In this document: one piece after another, positions 27,217-35,578 of the stretch
Numbering within the stretch: the stretch's first letter is position 1
Layout: each line of letters starts with the position of its first letter
Assembly: GCA_050015075.1 (NCBI GenBank)
Contig: JBEKCB010000007.1
Coordinates: 96,001 to 160,000, forward strand
DNA: 64,000 nucleotides
Reading direction: 5' to 3'
Source: Candidatus Brocadiia bacterium
GTDB lineage: Bacteria; Planctomycetota; Brocadiia; CAIUPP01
Made by a program: the position numbers and the translations under genes
The notes under the pieces: model-generated
What the model was told of the DNA's origin: nothing
Database searches by the model: none
Seen by the model: the letters and a program-made list of their open reading frames with translations, nothing else

Positions 27217-27620
27217 AGGCACATTGCCCGCGTGGCCGTGGCGCGCAAGCTGGTGGAGATTTGCTGGATTCTCCTGCGGCCCGGCATCGCGAGCGCGCCG
27301 CTGCATAGCGAGGAAAAGATTCCAGAACGCGCAGCGTACTGCGGGCGACGTGTGCCCAAGGCGGCGTTCGAGGCCCGGTCCAGGGGACTGGCGAGCGCCT
27401 CGCGTTGATGCCGGGGCGGATGCGCCGTTATTATGATTGGGCTGACGCCGCGCGACGAGAATCATGCACGATCCGAGGATGGAATTCGGAGACGGTGCGA
27501 ACCTGTCTGCCGTAGCTTCAGCGAACGCAGATGGGTGTCTGAACGGCACACGAACGGCACATTGAGAGTGAACGGCTTGGGCGAGGGACCGCCCTTGACA
27601 AGAAGACGGTTATGGATGTC
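27190..27620 (+). mobile_element. IS110-family remnant: transposase C-terminus plus non-coding right end
   Basis: LRPRQG*RHIARVAVARKLVEICW matches the IS110 C-terminal A.VA.ARKL motif; about 200 nt non-coding tail ending TTGACA...TATGGATGTC. Confidence 0.6.
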
Positions 27621-27675
27621 GCCGGAGTCCTCAGTGAGGCGCTACCGACATCAGTCGGCAAGGACGCCGGACGGC

Positions 27676-28719
27676 CTATTTTCCGACGACCACGATCATG
27701 AAGCTATCCTTCACCATGGTCTGCGGGTGTCCCGATTTTGGCTCGAATCGCGCCGTCGCCAGATAAACGTTGTGGGTCTTGAGGTCAAGCGCCATCGTTT
27801 GCGCGTTGTCTTCCGTCGGGATGTTCTCCGCCTCAAACTTGCCCGGCGCCGTTTCGCGGGCCACCGTCAGGGTGCCCTCGCCGTTTGAGCTGAAAGCCAC
27901 GCCGGTGCCCGGATCGAACCCATTCGCGTCCACCCACCGGCCGATCGGCACGCAGGCGATCACTTTCCCCGCGCTCACGTCCAGGACGGTCATGATTTTG
28001 TTGCTGCACCCGGAGAAGACGAGATGATGCGCCGCGTCAAGGGCCAGGCCCGAAGGCTTCAGGCCCGGCGCGAGCGGGAAACGCTTCGTCACGACGAGTT
28101 TCGCGCTGTCAATTTCGACGACCTCGCTGGTGCTCACGATGTTCGCATAGACCTTGCCCTGGCCGTCGGCAGAGGCATACTCCGGACAACCGCCGAGCGG
28201 GACCGTGCCGACGACTTCGCCGGAGGCGGCGTCGAACGCGGTGGCGTCATTAGCGTCGCCGTTGAAAGTGAAGACGCGTTTCGAGGCCGGGTCGTAGATG
28301 ATGCAGTCGGGTCCTGCGCCCGTCTTCACTTCGCCGATCACCTTCAGCGTCTTCAAATCGAAAATGGTCGAGGTATTGGCGTCGCCGTTGCTGGTAAATC
28401 CGCGGCCCAATTCGGGCGCGAGCGCGATGCCGTGCACGCCTTGCGTGCCGGGGATGTCGCCGACCACTTTATCGGTCTCGAGGTCCACGACCATCACGTG
28501 GCTGCTGCGCGAGAGGTACAGCCGCCGCGCGGCGCTGTCAATCGTCAGGTAATCCCAGCGCCCCTCGCCGCCGAGCGTCACCTTCTTGATCACGTGATAG
28601 CCCGACGCCGCTCCGTTGCCGCCTTCCGGCGCCGCAATCGCCGGACGCCACATACCGATCCACAGGCACGCCGCCGTCAGCGCCAATCCCGCTTTCAAGG
28701 TTCCAAGTCGCATGGACAT
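27676..28719 (-). CDS. Secreted YncE/YVTN-type beta-propeller protein
   Basis: Signal peptide; GGEGRWDYL, GVHGIALAPELGRGFTSNG, repeated blades. Confidence 0.88.
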   Translation of the reverse strand: MSMRLGTLKAGLALTAACLWIGMWRPAIAAPEGGNGAASGYHVIKKVTLGGEGRWDYLTIDSAARRLYLSRSSHVMVVDLETDKVVGDIPGTQGVHGIALAPELGRGFTSNGDANTSTIFDLKTLKVIGEVKTGAGPDCIIYDPASKRVFTFNGDANDATAFDAASGEVVGTVPLGGCPEYASADGQGKVYANIVSTSEVVEIDSAKLVVTKRFPLAPGLKPSGLALDAAHHLVFSGCSNKIMTVLDVSAGKVIACVPIGRWVDANGFDPGTGVAFSSNGEGTLTVARETAPGKFEAENIPTEDNAQTMALDLKTHNVYLATARFEPKSGHPQTMVKDSFMIVVVGK

Positions 28720-29024
28720 TGCTTCTTTCCTCAAAAGACGTTTTTCCCATTTGACCGTCCCTCCGAGGACGGCCGCCTCTCACAAGCGAAATTGTAAGCT
28801 CGAAACGACCGGTGTCAAGGCGACTTCCGACACTTTATCGCCCCTGCAGATCCCGCCGCGGCCTCGGTCAATGCTAGTGACCTCGATACGATTCCAGGCC
28901 TCTCGGATGGTCCACGGTCTCGCCCTCCGTGATACGGATTTGATGCGGAATTCCGTATCAGGGCAAGGCCGGGCTTTCATTCCACCCGCGTCAATCCACG
29001 GGTTTTCCTTACGGGTGCGAGAAA

Positions 29025-29106
29025 TGCGAGGGGCGGGAGTTGAACCCGCATGGATTTCTCCACTGGATCCTAAGTCCAGCGCGTCTGCCAGTTCCGCCAC
29101 CCTCGC
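29025..29106 (-). tRNA. tRNA-Leu(TAG)
   Basis: GCGAGGGTGGCGGAACTGGCAGACGCG-CTGGA-CTTAGGA-TCCAG...GGTTCAACTCC; CCA not encoded. Confidence 0.95.
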
Positions 29107-29374
29107 GCTGGCGCGATTCTACTTGATTTTTCTTCGCTTCTCAATGCCCCGCTTGAAGTTGCGTCCTGTCCCTTGCCGTTCACATCGCATGGGCCCGGCG
29201 CCGGTCCGTCCTCTTCGACGGCCGGCATGGCATCGGCGAAAAAGGCTTGACAAGAGGAAAACGGAAGCGCAAACTACCTCCGGCCGGAGAAACGGAAGTG
29301 GGCTGCTCTGGAGAGAGTCTCTCGCCAGCGTGAGGCGTTTGTCCATTTCACGCTGAACCAGGACGACAACCGCT

Positions 29375-31303
29375 TTGTATGGCATCTCGCACAAGGGTGG
29401 CCCGGAGGTTCAGACCATTGGGCATGGGACGGGTTCAGCGACGGTCCCGGTGCTTCTGAGAAGACTCTGCCCGCAGCATGTCTTCATGCCCGTCTTTTCC
29501 GCACTCTTCCTCATCTCGTTTTTCCTCTACCTCTGGTTACGCATTGATCCCGCGCTGCTTTGGGGTTTCATGCGGTTCCGAGAGTTCCCTTGCTTCCGGA
29601 AGGGCGCGGAGTTCCTCGGAGACTTTCTGCCGTATCCGGGAGGACCGATCGGGTACCTGGCGGCGTTCCTCTCTCAGTTGTACTACTGGTCCTGGCTCGG
29701 CTCGTTGATCGTCACCCTGCTGGGCGGGCTGCTTTGCCTGGCCACTTACGGAGTATTCCAGGCGCTCGGCGGCACCCGCGTGCGCGCTCTTTACTTCGTT
29801 CCGGCAGTCCTCCTCCTGGCGCTTTATAACCTGTACGGCCATCTGCTTGCCGCCGCGCTGGCGTTGCTGGCCGCATTGCTTTTCGTGAATATCTACTCGC
29901 GGTGGGCGCCTCGATCTGCCTGGCTGCGGTTGCCTGCATTCCTGCTTCTGTCCGCCGCCGTCTACTATCTCACGGCGGGCGCGTATCTGGTTTTTGCGGC
30001 ATTATGCGGAATCCTGGAACTCTTGACCCGGCGGCGGCCTTTCCTCGGCGCGTGCTATATCGCGTGTGTCGTGGGAGTTCCCTATCTGGCCGAGAGGTGC
30101 GTCTTCCCCGTCAGCACCGTCGAGGCATCTCTGCGCTTGATTCCCTTCTCTTTGGCGAAAACAGGGCCGATTCCAACTGTCGCGCTTGGCCTGTATCTTT
30201 TCTGCCCCGTTGTTGGATTAGTGATCGCCATCGTGCGCCGATTCGGCGGAGGGCGGTTGCGAGCGACCGAAGGCACGCTCTCTCCGTCCGGTCAACAGTC
30301 GCAGCCGCGCTCCCTGAGAGCGGGGTTCAGGCCGGCGCTCGAATCGCCGCTCCTTCTCATCCTGGCCGCCATCCCGATCTATTTCTCGTTGGACATGGGG
30401 GCGAGGAGATCCCTTCGAATCGAAAGCTGGGCGAGCCAGGGACGGTGGGATCAGATCCTTCGAGAAGCCGAGCACCTCTCGCGCTCGCAATACAATCCGA
30501 CGATCAATTGGGAGGTCAAGCGGGCGCTCTACCACACCGGCCGGATGCCCGAGGGCCTGTTTGAGTATGTCCAATACCCCGGGAGCCTTGTGAGCCTTGT
30601 GCCCACCGCGGGCGGCGAAGCCAGCGACATCTGGATTGAACTGGGAGACGTGGCCGAGGCCGAACACCTGGCGTATGAGACGTTGGAAATAGATGGCGAG
30701 CGGCCGCGGAACCTGCAACGGGTGGCGCTGATCAACATGGTCAAGGGTAAGACGGAGGCCGCGCGCGTCTTCCTGGGCGCCCTCGCGCTGGACCCGGTTT
30801 GCGGGCGCTGGGGAACGCTCGGCCTGGAGCGTTTGGAGGCCGACCCGCAACTCTCCACCGACCCGGAAGTCCAGCGCCTGCGTTTCTTCAGGCCCACACG
30901 AGACACCGTCAAGTTCAATTCCGTGGAAGACAAGCTGTTGGCGCTCCTGGAAGCCAACAGGCGAAATCGAATGGCGTTCGAATACCTGATGAGTCACTAC
31001 CTCCTGTCCCGCCAGCTCGACAAGTTCGCCCTGAACATCCGCCGTCTCGATGATTTTGACTATCCCGCCGTCCCTCGCCTTTACGAGGAGGCAATACTGG
31101 TCTATACGGCCACGACCGGCAAGCAGATTGACCTGAACGGCCGGCGCATCAGGCCGGAGACGCTCGAACGGTTTCAGCGCGTCGGCAACATCCTCGCTTC
31201 TCACGGGAACGACCATGAGGGCGCCCTCAGAGACGTTGCCAGAGACTACGGCGGCAGTTTCTTCTGGTGGTCCCTGGCCATGAGAGGACGGCAACCGGAA
31301 TGA
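29375..31303 (+). CDS. DUF6057-like membrane protein (start uncertain)
   Basis: YPGGP..YLAAFLSQLYY, many TM helices, C-terminal NRMAFEYLMSHYLL and YEEAIL. Confidence 0.75.
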   Translation: MYGISHKGGPEVQTIGHGTGSATVPVLLRRLCPQHVFMPVFSALFLISFFLYLWLRIDPALLWGFMRFREFPCFRKGAEFLGDFLPYPGGPIGYLAAFLSQLYYWSWLGSLIVTLLGGLLCLATYGVFQALGGTRVRALYFVPAVLLLALYNLYGHLLAAALALLAALLFVNIYSRWAPRSAWLRLPAFLLLSAAVYYLTAGAYLVFAALCGILELLTRRRPFLGACYIACVVGVPYLAERCVFPVSTVEASLRLIPFSLAKTGPIPTVALGLYLFCPVVGLVIAIVRRFGGGRLRATEGTLSPSGQQSQPRSLRAGFRPALESPLLLILAAIPIYFSLDMGARRSLRIESWASQGRWDQILREAEHLSRSQYNPTINWEVKRALYHTGRMPEGLFEYVQYPGSLVSLVPTAGGEASDIWIELGDVAEAEHLAYETLEIDGERPRNLQRVALINMVKGKTEAARVFLGALALDPVCGRWGTLGLERLEADPQLSTDPEVQRLRFFRPTRDTVKFNSVEDKLLALLEANRRNRMAFEYLMSHYLLSRQLDKFALNIRRLDDFDYPAVPRLYEEAILVYTATTGKQIDLNGRRIRPETLERFQRVGNILASHGNDHEGALRDVARDYGGSFFWWSLAMRGRQPE

Positions 31304-32895
31304 GGAAGCGGAAACTCTGCGTGCTGCTGTTCTGCGCCGGCCTGGCGCTATCGGCGGCCGTCCTGTCTTTCCGGCTGCGCCCGCGTGCGAGCGACGTCGC
31401 GAACTGCGCGCCCGTGAACCGGCTTCCGCACATACACCCCGATTATTCCGGAGTCGTCATTCCGCCGAATATCGCGCCCATGAACTTCGTCGTGGAGGAG
31501 CCGGGTGCAGAATACTACGTCAGAATATCATCGAAGCGCGGAGAAGGTATTGACATTTCCTCCAGCACCCCGCGGATCGTGATCCCCTCAAGACCATGGA
31601 AAAGCCTCCTGGCGGCCAATCGCGGGGAGGAACTTCGTTTTGATCTCTGCGTGCGACCGGCCGGCGGCCGGTGGGAGAGGTTTGACAGCGTCATCAACAA
31701 GATCGCACAGGAGGAGGTGGACGGATACCTGGTGTACCGCCTGATCAACCCGGTGCACAACATTCATTCGGTGATGAGCATCCGTCAGCGGAACCTGCAG
31801 GACTTCGACGAATCGGTTCTTCTCGACAGCAGAGATTTCGGCGATCAATGCATGAACTGCCACACGTTCCTCAACAACAGGCCCGACAACATGATCGTGC
31901 AGACGCGCGGCGTCACAGGGGGCATGATCCTCCTGCGCGACGGGACGCTCACGAAGGTGGATACCCGCACGAAGCTCAATCCCGCTCCCGCGGCATTCGT
32001 CTCGTGGCACCCGAGCGGACGCTTGATCGTTTTCTCGGTCAACACCCTGCGGCTGTTTTTCCATTCCGCCAGGACCGAACTCCGGGACGTTGTGGACCTG
32101 GATTCTCAACTGGCTGTGTACTCGGTCGAGTCGAACAGCATAACGAGCACATCCAAGATCACCCGGCCTGACCGCCTCGAGACATGGCCGACCTGGGCGC
32201 CGGACGGGCGTTACCTGTACTTCTGCTCCGCTCCCAAGTTATGGACCAGCCGCGAGAAAGCGCCGCCGGACCGCTACGACCAGGTCCAGTACGACCTGAT
32301 GCGCATCGGTTATGACCTGAGCACCGGCGCCTGGGGCGAAGTCGAGGCCGTGCTTTCCGCAGAGGAGACCGGCTTGAGCATCACGCAGCCCCGAATCTCT
32401 CCGGATGGAAAGTTTCTCGTGTTCTGCATGTCCGAATACAGCACTTTCCCCTGCTACCAGCCGAGCAGCGACTTGTACCTCATGGATCTCAGGACCGGCC
32501 GCTATGCTCCCATGGAGTGCAACAGCGACCAGGCGGACACGTGGCACTGCTGGTCAAGCAACAGCCACTGGCTTGCCTTCACCAGCAAGCGGGGGACCGG
32601 CCTGCTGGGCAGAGTGTACTTCAGCTACATTGATGAAAACGGAAAGGCGCAGAAGCCGTTCATTCTGCCGCAGCGGAACCCGGCTTTCTATGATTCCTTC
32701 CCGAAGCTCTATCAGTTGCCGGAGCTTATCGTGGATCCTGTCCGGGTGAGCGAGCATGAGTTCGCCCGCGCCATTCTCGCCCCCAGCGGAGTCACCGGCC
32801 AACTGGCCGTCACGGGTGCGACCCCGAAGGCCGAAGCCGGGCCGACGACTCCCATGTACGGCCCTCATCCGGAGACGGACAGCGATGGGCAATAA
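31300..32895 (+). CDS. TolB-like PD40 beta-propeller protein with a CxxCH motif
   Basis: PDYSGVVIPPNIAPMNF, CMNCH, WAPDGRYLYF, ISPDGKFL; ATGA overlap with the upstream gene. Confidence 0.85.
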   Translation: MRKRKLCVLLFCAGLALSAAVLSFRLRPRASDVANCAPVNRLPHIHPDYSGVVIPPNIAPMNFVVEEPGAEYYVRISSKRGEGIDISSSTPRIVIPSRPWKSLLAANRGEELRFDLCVRPAGGRWERFDSVINKIAQEEVDGYLVYRLINPVHNIHSVMSIRQRNLQDFDESVLLDSRDFGDQCMNCHTFLNNRPDNMIVQTRGVTGGMILLRDGTLTKVDTRTKLNPAPAAFVSWHPSGRLIVFSVNTLRLFFHSARTELRDVVDLDSQLAVYSVESNSITSTSKITRPDRLETWPTWAPDGRYLYFCSAPKLWTSREKAPPDRYDQVQYDLMRIGYDLSTGAWGEVEAVLSAEETGLSITQPRISPDGKFLVFCMSEYSTFPCYQPSSDLYLMDLRTGRYAPMECNSDQADTWHCWSSNSHWLAFTSKRGTGLLGRVYFSYIDENGKAQKPFILPQRNPAFYDSFPKLYQLPELIVDPVRVSEHEFARAILAPSGVTGQLAVTGATPKAEAGPTTPMYGPHPETDSDGQ

Positions 32896-32918
32896 GTCGC
32901 CGGCGTTCAAAAGAAGCC

Positions 32919-33122
32919 CTAAAAGATGGTGTAGATCAGCGGCGCGAGCGGCGATCCGCCCAGAACGACCAGGAGCGCCATAAGGAACAGGATGATGATG
33001 ATCGGCAGCAGCCACCATTTCTTGTTGTGGGCGAGAAAGTAGAGAAACTCGCTCAACAGGCCCGTGCGCTTCTTCCGGGTCTCTGACTCGAAGTCGTTTC
33101 TGTCCGGCTTGATCGTGCCCAA
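32919..33122 (-). CDS. SxtK/DUF5989 family small membrane protein
   Basis: EFLYFLAHNKKWWLLPIII...GSPLAPLIYTIF. Confidence 0.88.
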   Translation of the reverse strand: MGTIKPDRNDFESETRKKRTGLLSEFLYFLAHNKKWWLLPIIIILFLMALLVVLGGSPLAPLIYTIF

Positions 33123-33134
33123 GGGGCCTCGCCT

Positions 33135-33563
33135 TCAGAACTGCCGAAAATAGTCTGCGGCCTTCGCCGGCAATCCTCGCTTGATCCAATAGCTCTCCGC
33201 CGCGCTGTCGAACCGCCGGTGCAAAAGGTCCCGTCCGATCAGACGAAAGATAAGGGCTATCGGCGTAAACACGAGGAAAAATATGATCGCGAGGGCCACG
33301 TGGCTCATGACCCATCCGAGCGGCCATGCAACGGCCATCCAGGCGATGTAAAGCGGCCGAATCCACCTGGGAGCGGCCAGACCGATGGCCGCCAGCGCAA
33401 CGCCGAGCGCCCATAACGCAATTGGCGCGGCGTGCCGAACCGTGCCCAGCTTCCAAGCCGCGAGCGCGCCGGCCAGCCCCAGGCTCAGCAGCAGGACAAG
33501 GGCGAACTGACGCAGCCTCCGGTCGTCCGGCCGCCAGTCTATTTCAATCACGGCCACGGGCAT
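33135..33563 (-). CDS. SxtJ family membrane protein
   Basis: LRQFA, PLYIAWM, LGWVMS, FFLVFTPI, ESYW, ends YFRQF. Confidence 0.88.
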   Translation of the reverse strand: MPVAVIEIDWRPDDRRLRQFALVLLLSLGLAGALAAWKLGTVRHAAPIALWALGVALAAIGLAAPRWIRPLYIAWMAVAWPLGWVMSHVALAIIFFLVFTPIALIFRLIGRDLLHRRFDSAAESYWIKRGLPAKAADYFRQF

Positions 33564-33586
33564 ACTCCTGAGAAGCGCAAGGTTTG

Positions 33587-33672
33587 GTCATTCCGAGCGA
33601 AGCGAGGAATCTCATACGCCTCGCGCCGGTTATGGTTCAACGTGTGAGATACTTCGCTGCGCTCAGTATGAC
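33587..33672. repeat. REP-like palindromic element
   Basis: GTCATTCCGAGCGAAGCGAGGAATCTCA / TGAGATACTTCGCTGCGCTCAGTATGAC imperfect inverted repeat. Confidence 0.75.
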
Positions 33673-33703
33673 GCGGGCTATAGTTATGTTCCGGCACAGT
33701 ACG

Positions 33704-35542
33704 CTAGTCCAATTGAAACTTCGCAAGATACTCGTCCACCTCGTGAGGTTTTGCGTTGGGCTGACGCTCTTTGAGAAGCAGGCAGTGCGCAAGGACCAGC
33801 GCGTCCATGTTGGTGGCCATGAAACATCGGTACGCCTCTTCAGGGGTGCAGACAATCGGCTCGCCGCGCACGTTGAAGCTCGTGTTGATCAGGAGCGGGC
33901 AACCGGTCCGTTCCTTGAAACGCTTCACCAGTTGATAGTATCGCCCGTGGCGCTGAGCGTCAACCGTCTGCACGCGGGCCGAGAAGTCCACGTGAGTGAT
34001 CGCGGGCACCACCGAACGTTGGACGGAAAGTTTCGCCAGGCCGCGCGCGGCCTTCAGGCGCTCGTCGCCGCCGGCGATCCGCTTGTCCTTTCGAACGTTC
34101 GCCACCAGGAGCATGTACGGACTGTCCTCGTTCGGCCGCATCTCGAAGTATTGAGCCACATCCTCGCGAAGGACCGACGGAGCAAACGGACGGAAGGACT
34201 CGCGGAACTTCACCTTGAGATTCATCACTTTCTGCATCTCGGAAGAGCGGGGGTCGCCGAGGATGCTGCGGCAGCCCAGCGCGCGCGGGCCGAACTCCAT
34301 GCGGCCCTGGAACCAGCCGACGACCCGTCCCCCAAGGATGAGGTCCACGACGCGGTCCATGAGCCGTTCGTCATCCGGGAAGGTCTCGTAGGGTGCGGCG
34401 GCCGAATCGAGGAAGGCCCGGACTTCATCGTCGCTGAACGCAGGACCCAGGAGGCTTCCGCGCTGGCTGTCCTGCGCTGCAATCTCGCGCCCGTGCCCGA
34501 GGAGCTGGTGCCAGACGAACAAGGCTGCACCGAGCGCGGCGCCCGCGTCGCCGGAGGCCGGCTGAATCCAGATGTCTTTAAACGGCCCTTCGCGCAGGAT
34601 GCGGCCGTTGCCGACGCAGTTCAAGGCGACGCCTCCGGCCAGGCATAAATGATCCAGGCCGGTGAGCTGGTGCGCATGCCGGCAGATCCGCAGCATGATG
34701 TCCTCGGTCACTTGCTGTATGCTCGCCGCCACGTCCATGTGGAACTCGGTCAGCGCGCCTTCCGGCTTTCGAGGGGGCTGTCCGAACAGGCGGTGGAACC
34801 GGGCGTTCGTCATCGTCAGGCCTTGGGCATAGTTGAAATAGCGCATGTTCATCCGGAAGGAGCCGTCTTCCTTGATATCCAGCAATTGCTTGCGGATCAC
34901 GTCGGCGTACTTCGGCTCGCCGTAGGGCGCCAGCCCCATCATCTTGTACTCGCCGCTGTTCACCCGAAATCCCGTGTAATAGGTGAAGGCCGAATAGAGG
35001 AGACCCAGCGAATGGGGAAAGCGCAGCTCATGGGTCAACTCGAGCCGGTTGTCCCGTCCGGCCCCGATGGCCGCCGTCGCCCATTCGCCCACGCCGTCGA
35101 GCGTCACAATGGCGGCCTCACGGAACGGAGAGGGGAAGAATGCGCTGGCTGCGTGCGATTCGTGGTGCTGGACGAAGACGTACCGGCCCTTGAATCGGCG
35201 TCTCAGGCCGCGGTCCATGACGTGAGGCAGATAAAGCTTCTGCCGCAACCACGCCGGCATCGCAAGGCGGAAGCTGCGAAAACCGCCGGGCGCGTAAGCC
35301 AGGTACGTCTCGAGCAGGCGGTCGAATTTGAGGAGCGGTTTCTCGTAGAAGACGACGTGGTCCAGTTCAGCCGCGGTGATGCCCGCCTCACGGAGACAGT
35401 AATCAATGGCGCTCTGCGGAAAGCGGAAATCATGCTTCCTGCGGCTAAAGCGCTCCTCCTGGCTCGCGGCGACAATCCTCCCGTCCTGCACCAGCGCAGC
35501 TGCGGAATCGTGATAGAAGGCAGAGATGCCGAGGATATTCAT
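33704..35542 (-). CDS. O-carbamoyltransferase (CmcH/NodU/SxtI family)
   Basis: HDSAAAL, EERFSRRKHD, HHESHAASAF, DGVGE, GEYKMMGLAPYG, EFGPRALG, NTSFNVRGEP. Confidence 0.97.
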   Translation of the reverse strand: MNILGISAFYHDSAAALVQDGRIVAASQEERFSRRKHDFRFPQSAIDYCLREAGITAAELDHVVFYEKPLLKFDRLLETYLAYAPGGFRSFRLAMPAWLRQKLYLPHVMDRGLRRRFKGRYVFVQHHESHAASAFFPSPFREAAIVTLDGVGEWATAAIGAGRDNRLELTHELRFPHSLGLLYSAFTYYTGFRVNSGEYKMMGLAPYGEPKYADVIRKQLLDIKEDGSFRMNMRYFNYAQGLTMTNARFHRLFGQPPRKPEGALTEFHMDVAASIQQVTEDIMLRICRHAHQLTGLDHLCLAGGVALNCVGNGRILREGPFKDIWIQPASGDAGAALGAALFVWHQLLGHGREIAAQDSQRGSLLGPAFSDDEVRAFLDSAAAPYETFPDDERLMDRVVDLILGGRVVGWFQGRMEFGPRALGCRSILGDPRSSEMQKVMNLKVKFRESFRPFAPSVLREDVAQYFEMRPNEDSPYMLLVANVRKDKRIAGGDERLKAARGLAKLSVQRSVVPAITHVDFSARVQTVDAQRHGRYYQLVKRFKERTGCPLLINTSFNVRGEPIVCTPEEAYRCFMATNMDALVLAHCLLLKERQPNAKPHEVDEYLAKFQLD

Positions 35543-35578
35543 CGGTGGAATCCGGACCTCCGGGCGGCTGGTATTCGT

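Noticed and set aside
28930-29020. Hairpins 3' of tRNA-Leu(TAG) as an att site of an integrated element
   Set aside because: I found no integrase and no duplicated tRNA 3' end in the window; they may just be terminator or processing stems.
32919-35542. Saxitoxin biosynthesis (sxtIJK-like trio)
   Set aside because: No sxtA, sxtG or other core genes in the window; the trio is widespread outside toxin producers.
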